A DNA stretch of 64,000 nt, taken from Vicinamibacteria bacterium. Its GTDB lineage: Bacteria > Acidobacteriota > Vicinamibacteria > Marinacidobacterales > SMYC01. Where the stretch lies: positions 2,838 to 66,837 of the forward strand of contig DATIBD010000103.1 of assembly GCA_035457705.1 (NCBI GenBank), given 5' to 3'. Shown here one piece after another: positions 27,958 through 35,921 of this stretch; within the stretch, counting starts at the first letter, position 1; every line of letters starts with the position of its first letter. Below the pieces are notes generated by a model. The model did no database searches. It saw only the letters and a list, made by a program, of their open reading frames with translations, and had not been told where the DNA came from. Both the position numbers and the translations under genes were made by a program.

Positions 27958-28277
27958 GTGAGCAAGACATACGTCAAAAAAACGCGATGAAGCATACTGG
28001 GTGACCGGCACGCGTGTGTCGCTCGACTCCGTCGTTTATGCTTTTTTGCCGAGGGGCTTCCCCGGAGAGCATCAAAAGGTCTTTCCCGCTGCTCACCCTC
28101 GAGCAAGTCTACGGCGCGATCACGTTCTACCTCGTTCGCCGGACCGAGATCGACGCGTACCTTCAGAAAGGTGACGAAGCGTTCGAAAGAACACGGGAAG
28201 CCGCCCGCGAGACGGACCTCGATTTCTACGAGAAACTGAAAGCCGCCCGGAAGCGCCTGACGTCGAAACAGTCTTGA
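27958..28277 (+). pseudogene. DUF433-family protein (TA-associated) interrupted by frameshifts at an A7 and a T6 homopolymer
   Basis: Three frames carry consecutive pieces: MSKTYVKK(A7)...; ...[20 protein letters not shown](T6)...; ...[30 protein letters not shown].... Joined, they give a canonical DUF433 (GTRI.V..V...L..G.SPEEI...YP.LTLE.I..AL.Y). Confidence 0.5.
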
Positions 28278-28885
28278 AGATTCGCTTTCAGGCTGACGCC
28301 GACCTCGACGAGGATATCGTCAGGGGCATGATACGCCGAGAGCCAACCGTGGACTTTCGAACCGCCTTGGGACTCGAAGGTCTCGATGACCGGCAGATCC
28401 TGGCCTACGCAGCGGACAGCGGACGCGTCCTCGTTTCTCATGACCGCAGGACGATGCCAAGTCATTTCGCGGACTTTGTTGTCGAAAGAAGCAGCCCAGG
28501 CGTTTTGATCGTTTCCCAGAAGGCACCAAACGTCGCGGCTATCGAAGAGCTGTTGCTTAATTGGACCGCGTCAGAAGCGGAAGAATGGGCCAACAGGACG
28601 CTGCCATTCCGCTTTAACGGACCCAGCCTCCCCCTGCCATCGCTAGACGGAAAGAAGGGACGCGGCGCTCGACGCCACCTCGTCGGGCGTGATCGATTCC
28701 ATACAGACGTTTTGCCGGCACGTTTTCATGAGCGGCGTCTCGTAGCATGGTGCGCAGGGTACGGGATGTCGCAGAACCACGACGGGAGAGCGGCTCGAAA
28801 TGGGACGTACTTGTTCCAGAATCGCGGGGCCCCAGAGCACAACGAGCGGCGTCGCCACGGCAGCGGCGAGATGGGCCGGGCCTGA
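28274..28885 (+). CDS. DUF5615-family (PIN-like) protein, partner of DUF433; the C-terminal ~80 codons are probably spurious run-on
   Basis: MKIRFQADADLDEDIVRGMIRREPTVDFRTALGLEGLDDRQILAYAADSGRVLVSHDRRTMPSHFADFVVERSSPGVLIV matches DUF5615 (about 115 aa). The ORF continues 240 nt into the convergent GT9 gene. Confidence 0.55.
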   Translation: MKIRFQADADLDEDIVRGMIRREPTVDFRTALGLEGLDDRQILAYAADSGRVLVSHDRRTMPSHFADFVVERSSPGVLIVSQKAPNVAAIEELLLNWTASEAEEWANRTLPFRFNGPSLPLPSLDGKKGRGARRHLVGRDRFHTDVLPARFHERRLVAWCAGYGMSQNHDGRAARNGTYLFQNRGAPEHNERRRHGSGEMGRA

Positions 28886-29671
28886 ATCTACCGAAACGAA
28901 GAGATCGAGCCTCGAAATCAGGGCCGCGAGCTCACAGACCGACGTTCGACCCGCGAGGTTCGCGAACGAAGCGCCCGAAAGCCGGGAGGTTACCCGCCCG
29001 ACATCCCTGCGATCTTCGCTCGATCCAGTGAACACGAGGCTCGACCCCCGATGGGATAGAGTCTGGCAGAGCTCGACGAAGTGTGCGAGCGGCCAGCCCT
29101 TGAGCCGCTCGCTTTGTCGTCGCTTCTTGCCGCGGGGACCATAGCCCATGTGGATCCCCACGAGGGGCCTCGGAAGCTCCAGGATGAGCGTTTTGGCACG
29201 CCTCTCGTCGTCCCCGGACCAATGGGCTTCCATATCGAGATCGGCGCCGTCGGCCTCGAGGCCGGCGGCTCTCAGATTGTTCACGATGGCGTGGGTTTTC
29301 GGATCGAACGGGGTCTCTCGAAAACTGCGGATGGACTCGATACCGGCACGCTCGAGAAGCCTACGGTAATGGTGCCGGCGCTCGAGGAGTATCGCCTGAG
29401 TGTACCCGCGGGCGCGGAGCGTTCTCGTTAGCCTTTGCTTTTCGGGCGACAACGCATAGGGAAGATTGCGATAGCGAAGCGGGAGGACCTCGGCGACGCG
29501 GGTGTTGCGCTCTAGAAGCGGAGCCGCAGAGGCGGCGCAGAGAACGTCGATCGGCCGCTCGGGTGAGCTCTCGCGCAAAGCGCGCAACAGCGGCGTCGTC
29601 ATCAGCGTGTCGCCTAACGCCCCGGCCCGGACGACGAGAACCCGCTTCTGCTCGCTCACCGAGACCGACAC
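28643..29671 (-). CDS. glycosyltransferase family 9 (LPS heptosyltransferase-like)
   Basis: N-terminal KRVLVVRAGALGDTLMTTPLLRAL (GT9 signature); C-terminal ...SVDSGPAHLAAAVATPLVVLWGP. Start placed at an internal GTG. Confidence 0.8.
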   Translation of the reverse strand: MSVSVSEQKRVLVVRAGALGDTLMTTPLLRALRESSPERPIDVLCAASAAPLLERNTRVAEVLPLRYRNLPYALSPEKQRLTRTLRARGYTQAILLERRHHYRRLLERAGIESIRSFRETPFDPKTHAIVNNLRAAGLEADGADLDMEAHWSGDDERRAKTLILELPRPLVGIHMGYGPRGKKRRQSERLKGWPLAHFVELCQTLSHRGSSLVFTGSSEDRRDVGRVTSRLSGASFANLAGRTSVCELAALISRLDLFVSVDSGPAHLAAAVATPLVVLWGPAILEQVRPISSRSPVVVLRHPVPCAPCYETPLMKTCRQNVCMESITPDEVASSAASLLSV

Positions 29672-29771
29672 CGGGCATTCTAGCTCATTCGAAGGAACGC
29701 CCTGACCAGGTCGTACACGTTCAATCGTCGATCGTGATATATCACCCGAGATCCTCGATTCCCCAAGAACG

Positions 29772-30662
29772 ATGCACTTCGAAGAGATCCTCGAACGGAA
29801 CCGGCGTTTTGCCGCGGGGCGCACGCCTCACCCGCTTCCTCCCCCGAGTCCAGCCGCTCTCATAGTCGTCTCGTGTTTCGATCCCCGGCTGGACGGGTTG
29901 ATGGCGCCCGCCCTTGGCCTCGAGGGCGAGAAGGTCCTCTGGTTTCGGACCGCTGGCGCGTTCGTGCCAAGGGAAAGCGCGACGATTCGCTCCCTCCTCG
30001 TGAAAATCTTCCTGTTCGACGTACAGGCCATCGTCGTCGTGGGCCATAGCTCGTGCCGAATGGCATCGTTCGACGCCGAAAGCTTCATCGCGTCGTTTCG
30101 AGCGCGAGGGGTCGAGCGGGACGCGTTCGGAGGAGAGGACCTCCGTGGTTGGGCGGGCGCGATCGGAAGCCCTCGCCAGGGGGTGGAGCTCACGATAGAA
30201 AACATCCTTTCTCATCCTGCGCGTCCTGACGACCTCGTGGTGAACGGCGCCGTGCTCGACGACACCCGTGGTCTTTTGGAGCCAGTCGGGCACGCGCCCA
30301 AAGTGACCGAGAGGGACTCCTCCGCAGAAGGACCGCCTTTCGATGGCGTCGGGGATGCCCCGAAAGCACCCGGCCCGGATCGATCTTCCGACGCCGCCGT
30401 GGAGGAGATGGCGCGCGCGCTCCGCTCCAGTGCGAAGTGGCGTTACGAGGTGGGCCGTCTGAGAAAAGAGCTCGTGCGAGCTGACGGTCCCGCTTCCAAG
30501 CTGCCGATTCTCGTGCGATTCGTCGAGCAGGTGGGGGTCGATTCGCGTGAGGTCGTCGAAGCCTATCAGCAGTTCTTGAGGGGGGCACGGAGAGCGGGCG
30601 ACGAATCGGTCGACCCCGATGCGTTGTTACGCCAGTTCGAGCGCCTCGTAATGAAGCTGTGA
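29772..30662 (+). CDS. beta-class carbonic anhydrase with a C-terminal extension
   Basis: Zinc ligands in SCFDPRL and VVGHSSC; about 110 extra C-terminal residues. Confidence 0.75.
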   Translation: MHFEEILERNRRFAAGRTPHPLPPPSPAALIVVSCFDPRLDGLMAPALGLEGEKVLWFRTAGAFVPRESATIRSLLVKIFLFDVQAIVVVGHSSCRMASFDAESFIASFRARGVERDAFGGEDLRGWAGAIGSPRQGVELTIENILSHPARPDDLVVNGAVLDDTRGLLEPVGHAPKVTERDSSAEGPPFDGVGDAPKAPGPDRSSDAAVEEMARALRSSAKWRYEVGRLRKELVRADGPASKLPILVRFVEQVGVDSREVVEAYQQFLRGARRAGDESVDPDALLRQFERLVMKL

Positions 30663-31201
30663 CTATCGGGCACCTCTATCTCGGCCTTCTGGGACTCGGT
30701 CTCGTCTACGCCATTCTTGCCGGCATCACGGGTTGGCTGTCCGATCTGGGAGGTGGGGACGTACATGTCGATGCGACCGGGCATTTCGATGCCGGCCATC
30801 TTCACCCCGTATCGGGGACCACGGTCGCAACATTCATCACTGGTTTCGGAGCTGGGGGAACGGTTGGTCACTACTATCTCGAGTGGCCCCTCCTACTCGG
30901 CATGACTCTCGCCGCGTTCACGGGTCTCATGGTCGCCGCAGCCGCCTACGGTGTTCTCGAGCTCGTCTTCAAACATACCCAGGCGGGAAGTGAGTTCTCC
31001 ACCGAGGAAGCCCTGGGTCGTGAAGCCGAGGTCATCACCTCCATCCCAGCGGGAGGAACGGGCGAGGTGGCCTATACCGCCCGCGGGCAACGTGTGCACA
31101 GCTCAGCACGCGCCACAGATGGTCACGCAATCACCAAGGGCTCGCTGGTCGTGATCGACAAGGTGGTGGGCGCGTCCGTCTACGTTCACAGAAAGCAGTA
31201 A
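30659..31201 (+). CDS. NfeD-like membrane protein (flotillin partner, YqiJ-like)
   Basis: N-terminal TM segments; C-terminal OB-fold tail ...[42 protein letters not shown]. Overlaps the flotillin gene that follows. Confidence 0.75.
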   Translation: MTIGHLYLGLLGLGLVYAILAGITGWLSDLGGGDVHVDATGHFDAGHLHPVSGTTVATFITGFGAGGTVGHYYLEWPLLLGMTLAAFTGLMVAAAAYGVLELVFKHTQAGSEFSTEEALGREAEVITSIPAGGTGEVAYTARGQRVHSSARATDGHAITKGSLVVIDKVVGASVYVHRKQ

Positions 31202-31244
31202 CGCCCGCCGCCACCCGTCGGGCGAAGGCATCCCGGAGGTCGTT

Positions 31245-32756
31245 ATGAATTTCGGAATGGATTTCGGCGGGCTGGTGACGGTAGCGGCATTCTTCATCCT
31301 CCCTCTCGTCTTTTTCATCCTCCTCCTGGCCGTTGCCAAACGCTACCGCAAGGTCGGTCCTAATCAGGTGATGGTGATCTCTGGCCGAAAACACCGGATC
31401 ACGAACTCGGAAGGCGGCGCCGAGCTCACGGGCTACCGGATACGCAAGGGCGGAGGCGCCTTCATCTTCCCTCTCATCGAGCGCGTCGACATTCTTTCGC
31501 TCGAGGTGATGACGCTCGACATCACCACGCCCGAGGTCTACACCAAACCAGGAGTTCCCATCGTGGTCGACGGCGTAGCTCAGGTCAAGATTCGCGGAGA
31601 TGAAGCCTCGATCCGCACCGCGGCCGAGCAGTTCCTGGGAAAGACCGTTGAAGAGATCAAGGAGATCGCGCTCCAGACCGTAGAAGGGCATCTGCGCGCC
31701 ATCATCGGAACGCTGACGGTCGAAGAGATCTATCGAAACCGCGATCAGTTCGCAGGCTCGGTTCAGGAAGTCGCGGTCTCCGACATGGCCAATATGGGGC
31801 TCAGCATCGTTTCCTTCACCCTCAAGGACATTCGCGACAGCCACGGATATCTCGACGCGCTGGGCAAGCCACGCACTGCGGAGGTCAAGCGGGATGCGGT
31901 CATCGCGCAGGCCGAGGCCGACCGAGACTCCGCCATCCGGTCCGCCCAGGCTCGCCAGGCGGGCGAGATCGCCAAGCTCGAGGCCGATACGAGGATCGCC
32001 GAAGCCAACCGCGATTTTCAATCCAAAAAGGCAGAGTACGACGCCGCAGTGAACCTGAAGCGCGCCGAGGCCGATCTGGCTTACGACATCCAGAAGAACA
32101 AGAGCTCGCAGGCCCTGAAGAAGGAGGAGATGCAGGTCTCGATCGTGGAAAAAGAGCAGCAGATCGTGGTGCAGGAAAAGGAGATCGAGCGAAGGGAGAG
32201 AGAGCTCGAGGCAACAGTGAAGCGCCAGGCCGACGCCGAGCGCTATCGCGTCGAGACCGAAGCAGCCGCTCTGAGGACGCGGGCGGAACAGGTGGCTCTC
32301 GGCGACGCCGAGGCCGCGCGCCGCAAGGGCATGGCCGAGGCCGACGTGATCAAGGCTACGGGCACCTCCGAGGCGGAGATCATTGCCCTCAAGGGAGGCG
32401 CGGAAGCCGACGCGATGCGCAAGAAGGCGGACTCGTTCAAGGAGTACAACCAGGCGGCCGTGCTCCAGATCCTGCTCGCCGCCCTTCCGGAGATTGCGAA
32501 GGCCGTGGCCGAGCCCCTATCGAAGACGGACCGCATTACGCTCGTTTCGACCGGTGGTGACGGCGCGGGTGCGTCGAAGCTGACCGGGGATATCGCGAAG
32601 ATCATGGCGGAGCTTCCTGCGGTGGTGGAATCCCTGTCCGGCGTGGACATCCGAAGGCTCGTCGACGCCATCCCCGCCCTTCAGGCAAGCGAGCGAGAGA
32701 ATGAGAAGAGGAGGACGAAGAAAAACTCGATCTCTGCGCCGAAGACGAACGGATGA
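31245..32756 (+). CDS. flotillin / SPFH (band 7) domain protein (YqiK/FloT-like)
   Basis: N-terminal TM; SPFH core; long E/A/R/K coiled-coil ([59 protein letters not shown]...). Confidence 0.85.
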   Translation: MNFGMDFGGLVTVAAFFILPLVFFILLLAVAKRYRKVGPNQVMVISGRKHRITNSEGGAELTGYRIRKGGGAFIFPLIERVDILSLEVMTLDITTPEVYTKPGVPIVVDGVAQVKIRGDEASIRTAAEQFLGKTVEEIKEIALQTVEGHLRAIIGTLTVEEIYRNRDQFAGSVQEVAVSDMANMGLSIVSFTLKDIRDSHGYLDALGKPRTAEVKRDAVIAQAEADRDSAIRSAQARQAGEIAKLEADTRIAEANRDFQSKKAEYDAAVNLKRAEADLAYDIQKNKSSQALKKEEMQVSIVEKEQQIVVQEKEIERRERELEATVKRQADAERYRVETEAAALRTRAEQVALGDAEAARRKGMAEADVIKATGTSEAEIIALKGGAEADAMRKKADSFKEYNQAAVLQILLAALPEIAKAVAEPLSKTDRITLVSTGGDGAGASKLTGDIAKIMAELPAVVESLSGVDIRRLVDAIPALQASERENEKRRTKKNSISAPKTNG

Positions 32757-32811
32757 GCGTGGCACGCGGACATCGACGAACCGCCGAGGGAAGCGACGTC
32801 TAGGCCCGAAG

Positions 32812-33087
32812 TTACCGCCGTTCGAGGATGCGCCGATACACTTCCTGCCGGTGAGCGACTCCGATCACATAGACGACGACTTCGGTCACGTGCACCTCGT
32901 AGAGGATTCGGTAATCGCCGAGTCGGATCCGATAGGCATTCTCGCGTCCCCGCAAACGCGCGGCGCCCAAGGGGATCGGATCTTCGACGAGGGCATCAAT
33001 GGTCGCCTTTGCCCGCTCGCGAACCTTGGCCGGGAGCTTCCGGAGCTCCCTGGGGACGGCCGCATGAAGAAGGACTCTATAGCTCGT
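32812..33087 (-). CDS. RelE/ParE-family toxin with no canonical start codon (apparent ACG at the expected initiator position)
   Basis: (ACG)-SYRVLLHAAVPRELRKLPAKVRERAKATIDALVEDPIPLGAARLRGRENAYRIRLGDYRILYEVHVTEVVVYVIGVAHRQEVYRRILERR* matches the ParE/RelE pattern (M.Y.V.F...A.KDL.KLP). No ATG/GTG/TTG in frame until codon 41, so the ORF is absent from the 60-aa track. Overlaps the antitoxin stop by 11 nt. Confidence 0.55.
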   Translation of the reverse strand, partial: TSYRVLLHAAVPRELRKLPAKVRERAKATIDALVEDPIPLGAARLRGRENAYRIRLGDYRILYEVHVTEVVVYVIGVAHRQEVYRRILERR

Positions 33088-33277
33088 CTCGCACCTTCTC
33101 CCACTCGACCCATGGACCGCGCCGGCGCTCCTCGATCAAGGTGAGATCTTCCGCATCTTCCAACCACTGCGCGATCGCCTCCTGAACGACCGCCTGTGCT
33201 TTTAGACCGTGCTCTTCGCAATAGCGATCGAGCAGCTTCTTCAGGTCTTCGTCGATGCGATGCGTAATCGTCGCCAT
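33077..33277 (-). CDS. ribbon-helix-helix antitoxin (ParD/CopG-like)
   Basis: MATITHRIDEDLKKLLDRYCEEHGLKAQAVVQEAIAQWLED... is a typical RHH antitoxin; lies immediately upstream of the RelE-like ORF. Confidence 0.7.
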   Translation of the reverse strand: MATITHRIDEDLKKLLDRYCEEHGLKAQAVVQEAIAQWLEDAEDLTLIEERRRGPWVEWEKVRDEL

Positions 33278-33352
33278 GCCGCAACGATAGTTCAGGTTGA
33301 ATGTTTTTGCAAGTTTTTGCTGTAACCTTGAAGCTAGCGGAGCGCGACAAGC

Positions 33353-35812
33353 TCACTCGGCCCGGAGGGCCCTGACCGGGTCGATGCGACTCGCTCGTCG
33401 AGCGGGCAGATAGGCGGACAACAGAGCCACCATCAAAAGCACACTCGGCATGACCGTGAAAGCCACCAGATCGACGGGCTCGACCGCGAAGAGCAGGCTT
33501 TCGAGCGCCGGGGCGATCGCAAACGATGCCCCGAGGCCAAGGACCCCGCCGAGCGCAACGAGACGCATCCCGGAGCCCATCAGCATTCCCACCACGGTGC
33601 GGCTTTCGGCGCCGAGCGATATCCGAATGCCCACTTCTCGAAGGCGTTGGGCAACCGCGTAGCTGACGACGCCATAGAGCCCCATGCAAGCGAGCGCCAG
33701 GGCGAGCACCGCGAAGCTTCCGAGCACGAGTGCGGACAACCTCGCAGGAAGCTTGACGATCGCAAGGTGTCGTTCGAGTGTTTTCGCCTCCCAAAGGAGG
33801 AGGCTTTCGTCCAGCTTTCGGGCGGACGCCATCATGTCGGCGGCGGTTCGATTCGGATCGATGTCGGTTTTGGCGATCAGGGTAAGGAAAGAGGTGTGGG
33901 ACTGACTCAAAGGCAGGTAGACGAAAGCGCGGGGCGCCTCCCCGATCGAGCGGACTTTGGCGTTGCTGGCGATTCCGATGACCTCTATATCCTTCTCACC
34001 GTCGGGCCGGTGAATGACTGAGCCGATGGGGTCCCTGCCCGGCCAAAACTTCTCCGCCATCGCCTCGTTGATAATCGCAACCCGCCGCGCATCGACGTGG
34101 TCGCGCTCGTCGAAGTTTCGCCCGAGCAGGATGCGCACACCCGCGGCCTCGAAGAATCCGTGGGTAACCGTCGCCCGATCGAGGATGTGCGCGTCGCGGC
34201 CAGGTGGCGGCTCGACGCCGTCCACGTTGACGTTGATGTTCTGGATGCTGAGCTGGTTCAGGTGCAGATTGCTCGTGGCGCCCACGGCCGAGACACCCGG
34301 AAGCGAGCGGAACTCTCGCTCCAGCCGCTCGAAGAAGAGGAGCCCCTCCTCGTCCGTTTCGTAGCGGGACGAGAGCCCTATCGACACCACCGCGGCCGGG
34401 TCGCGGCCAAAGCCGGGATCGGCCGTTTGGATGCGCTGCAGACTTCTAAGGAATAGGCCGGCGCCGACGAGCAGAACGAGTGAGGTCGCCACCTGCGCCA
34501 CCACGAGGACGTTTCTCATGCCAAACTTTCCGCTTCTGCCCATCCCCGCGGTCTCGTCTTTGATTACGGCGGCGACGTCGGGACGAGTCGCCTGCACCGC
34601 GGGAACGAGTCCGAGCAACAGGCCAGCGGCAACGGATACCAGAAGTGTGAACCCGAGCACGGTCGCGTCGAGCCGCGGATCAATCGTGATCGGAAGCGGG
34701 AGCGGCAAATCCGCGCTCAAGAGCAGCTTGAGCAGTACGGCGCCAATGGCCACTCCCAGGACGCCACCGAGCAGGGAAAGCATCGTGGTCTCCGTCAGCA
34801 GCTGCCCCACGAGGTCCAGCCGTCCCGCGCCCAGGGCAAGGCGCAGCGCAATCTCCTTCCGACGATCGAGGGCACGGGCCAGAAGGAAGCTCGCCAGGTT
34901 GATGCAAGCGATGAGCAGGACGAGCCCGACCACGACCATCAGCAGCCATGCGGCGGCATGAATGTAACGGTCGACCGGAGGGAAGAGAACGACGTCCTCG
35001 CTCGGGACGATCACGAAGCTCCCCTGGGGGTCCCAATCCTCGGGCGCGGATTCCGCGATGCGGGCCGCGGCGGAGTCCGTTGCAGCCCGCGCTTCGATGA
35101 GGGTCACGCTCGGAAGTCGCCGCGCTTGCACGAACAAGGAGTGATTTCCCCGATTTCGGAGCTCGTCACCTTGGCCGCCCTGGATATCGTTGACCATCAT
35201 CCGCGGCACGAACAGCGACGGAACCAGGCCGCGCAGGTGGCCGGGGTACGCCTCGGGAGCGACACCGATGACCGTATAGGGCCGGCTTCCCATACGAAGC
35301 GTCTGGCCGACGACCTCAGGATCGCCGCCCCAGGCGCTCTGCCAATAGCCGTAGCCGAGCACCACGACGGGATGTGCGTCGGGCGCCACGTCGTCCAGGG
35401 GCGAAATCGTCCGCCCGAGGGCAGCTTCGATGCCGAGCATCTCGAAGTAGTTGCCCGTGACGACTTCGGCGGGAAGGACGTCGATCCGTTCACCCCGCTC
35501 GACCCGAGCCAACGCGAGTTTCATGGCGGAGACCCGCGAAAAGACGTGGCGAGTGCTCTCCACGAAGTCGTCGTAATCGGGATAGGACAACACCCCGTAC
35601 TCGAAATCCGGCGTCGAGTAGTAGACCTCGACGAGCTCCTCGGGGTTTTCGAGGGGGATCTCTCTCAGGAGTATCGCGTTGACGAGGCTGAAGATAGCCG
35701 TGTTGGCGCCGATTCCGAGCGCCAGTGAGACGAGGGCTACCGCGGTGAAAGCCGGCCGGCTGGCGAGAGTCCGGCAAGCGTACCGAACGCGACTCCAGAA
35801 GGAATGGATCAT
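33353..35812 (-). CDS. MacB-like ABC permease with duplicated FtsX domains (ADOP family), paralogue 2
   Basis: MIHSFWSRVRYACRTLASRPAFTAVALVSLALGIGANTAIFSLVNAILLR...; two FtsX modules; C-terminal ...LPARRASRIDPVRALRAE. Same architecture as 17954-20617. Confidence 0.85.
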   Translation of the reverse strand: MIHSFWSRVRYACRTLASRPAFTAVALVSLALGIGANTAIFSLVNAILLREIPLENPEELVEVYYSTPDFEYGVLSYPDYDDFVESTRHVFSRVSAMKLALARVERGERIDVLPAEVVTGNYFEMLGIEAALGRTISPLDDVAPDAHPVVVLGYGYWQSAWGGDPEVVGQTLRMGSRPYTVIGVAPEAYPGHLRGLVPSLFVPRMMVNDIQGGQGDELRNRGNHSLFVQARRLPSVTLIEARAATDSAAARIAESAPEDWDPQGSFVIVPSEDVVLFPPVDRYIHAAAWLLMVVVGLVLLIACINLASFLLARALDRRKEIALRLALGAGRLDLVGQLLTETTMLSLLGGVLGVAIGAVLLKLLLSADLPLPLPITIDPRLDATVLGFTLLVSVAAGLLLGLVPAVQATRPDVAAVIKDETAGMGRSGKFGMRNVLVVAQVATSLVLLVGAGLFLRSLQRIQTADPGFGRDPAAVVSIGLSSRYETDEEGLLFFERLEREFRSLPGVSAVGATSNLHLNQLSIQNINVNVDGVEPPPGRDAHILDRATVTHGFFEAAGVRILLGRNFDERDHVDARRVAIINEAMAEKFWPGRDPIGSVIHRPDGEKDIEVIGIASNAKVRSIGEAPRAFVYLPLSQSHTSFLTLIAKTDIDPNRTAADMMASARKLDESLLLWEAKTLERHLAIVKLPARLSALVLGSFAVLALALACMGLYGVVSYAVAQRLREVGIRISLGAESRTVVGMLMGSGMRLVALGGVLGLGASFAIAPALESLLFAVEPVDLVAFTVMPSVLLMVALLSAYLPARRASRIDPVRALRAE

Positions 35813-35921
35813 GGTTCGACCTCTCCCTGGCTACGGTGGGACGGCGGAAAAAGTTCGAAGCAAGAATAGTCTCTCACCACAGAGTGGAGAATGCCCTCTG
35901 TAGTGAAGATTACCTTCCGGC

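Noticed and set aside
32886-33794. 302-aa minus-strand ORF spanning the relE/antitoxin locus and the end of the ADOP gene
   Set aside because: It is low-complexity and Arg/Ser/Gly-rich, lies antisense to or overlaps recognisable genes, and has no domain. It is the typical shadow ORF of GC-rich DNA.
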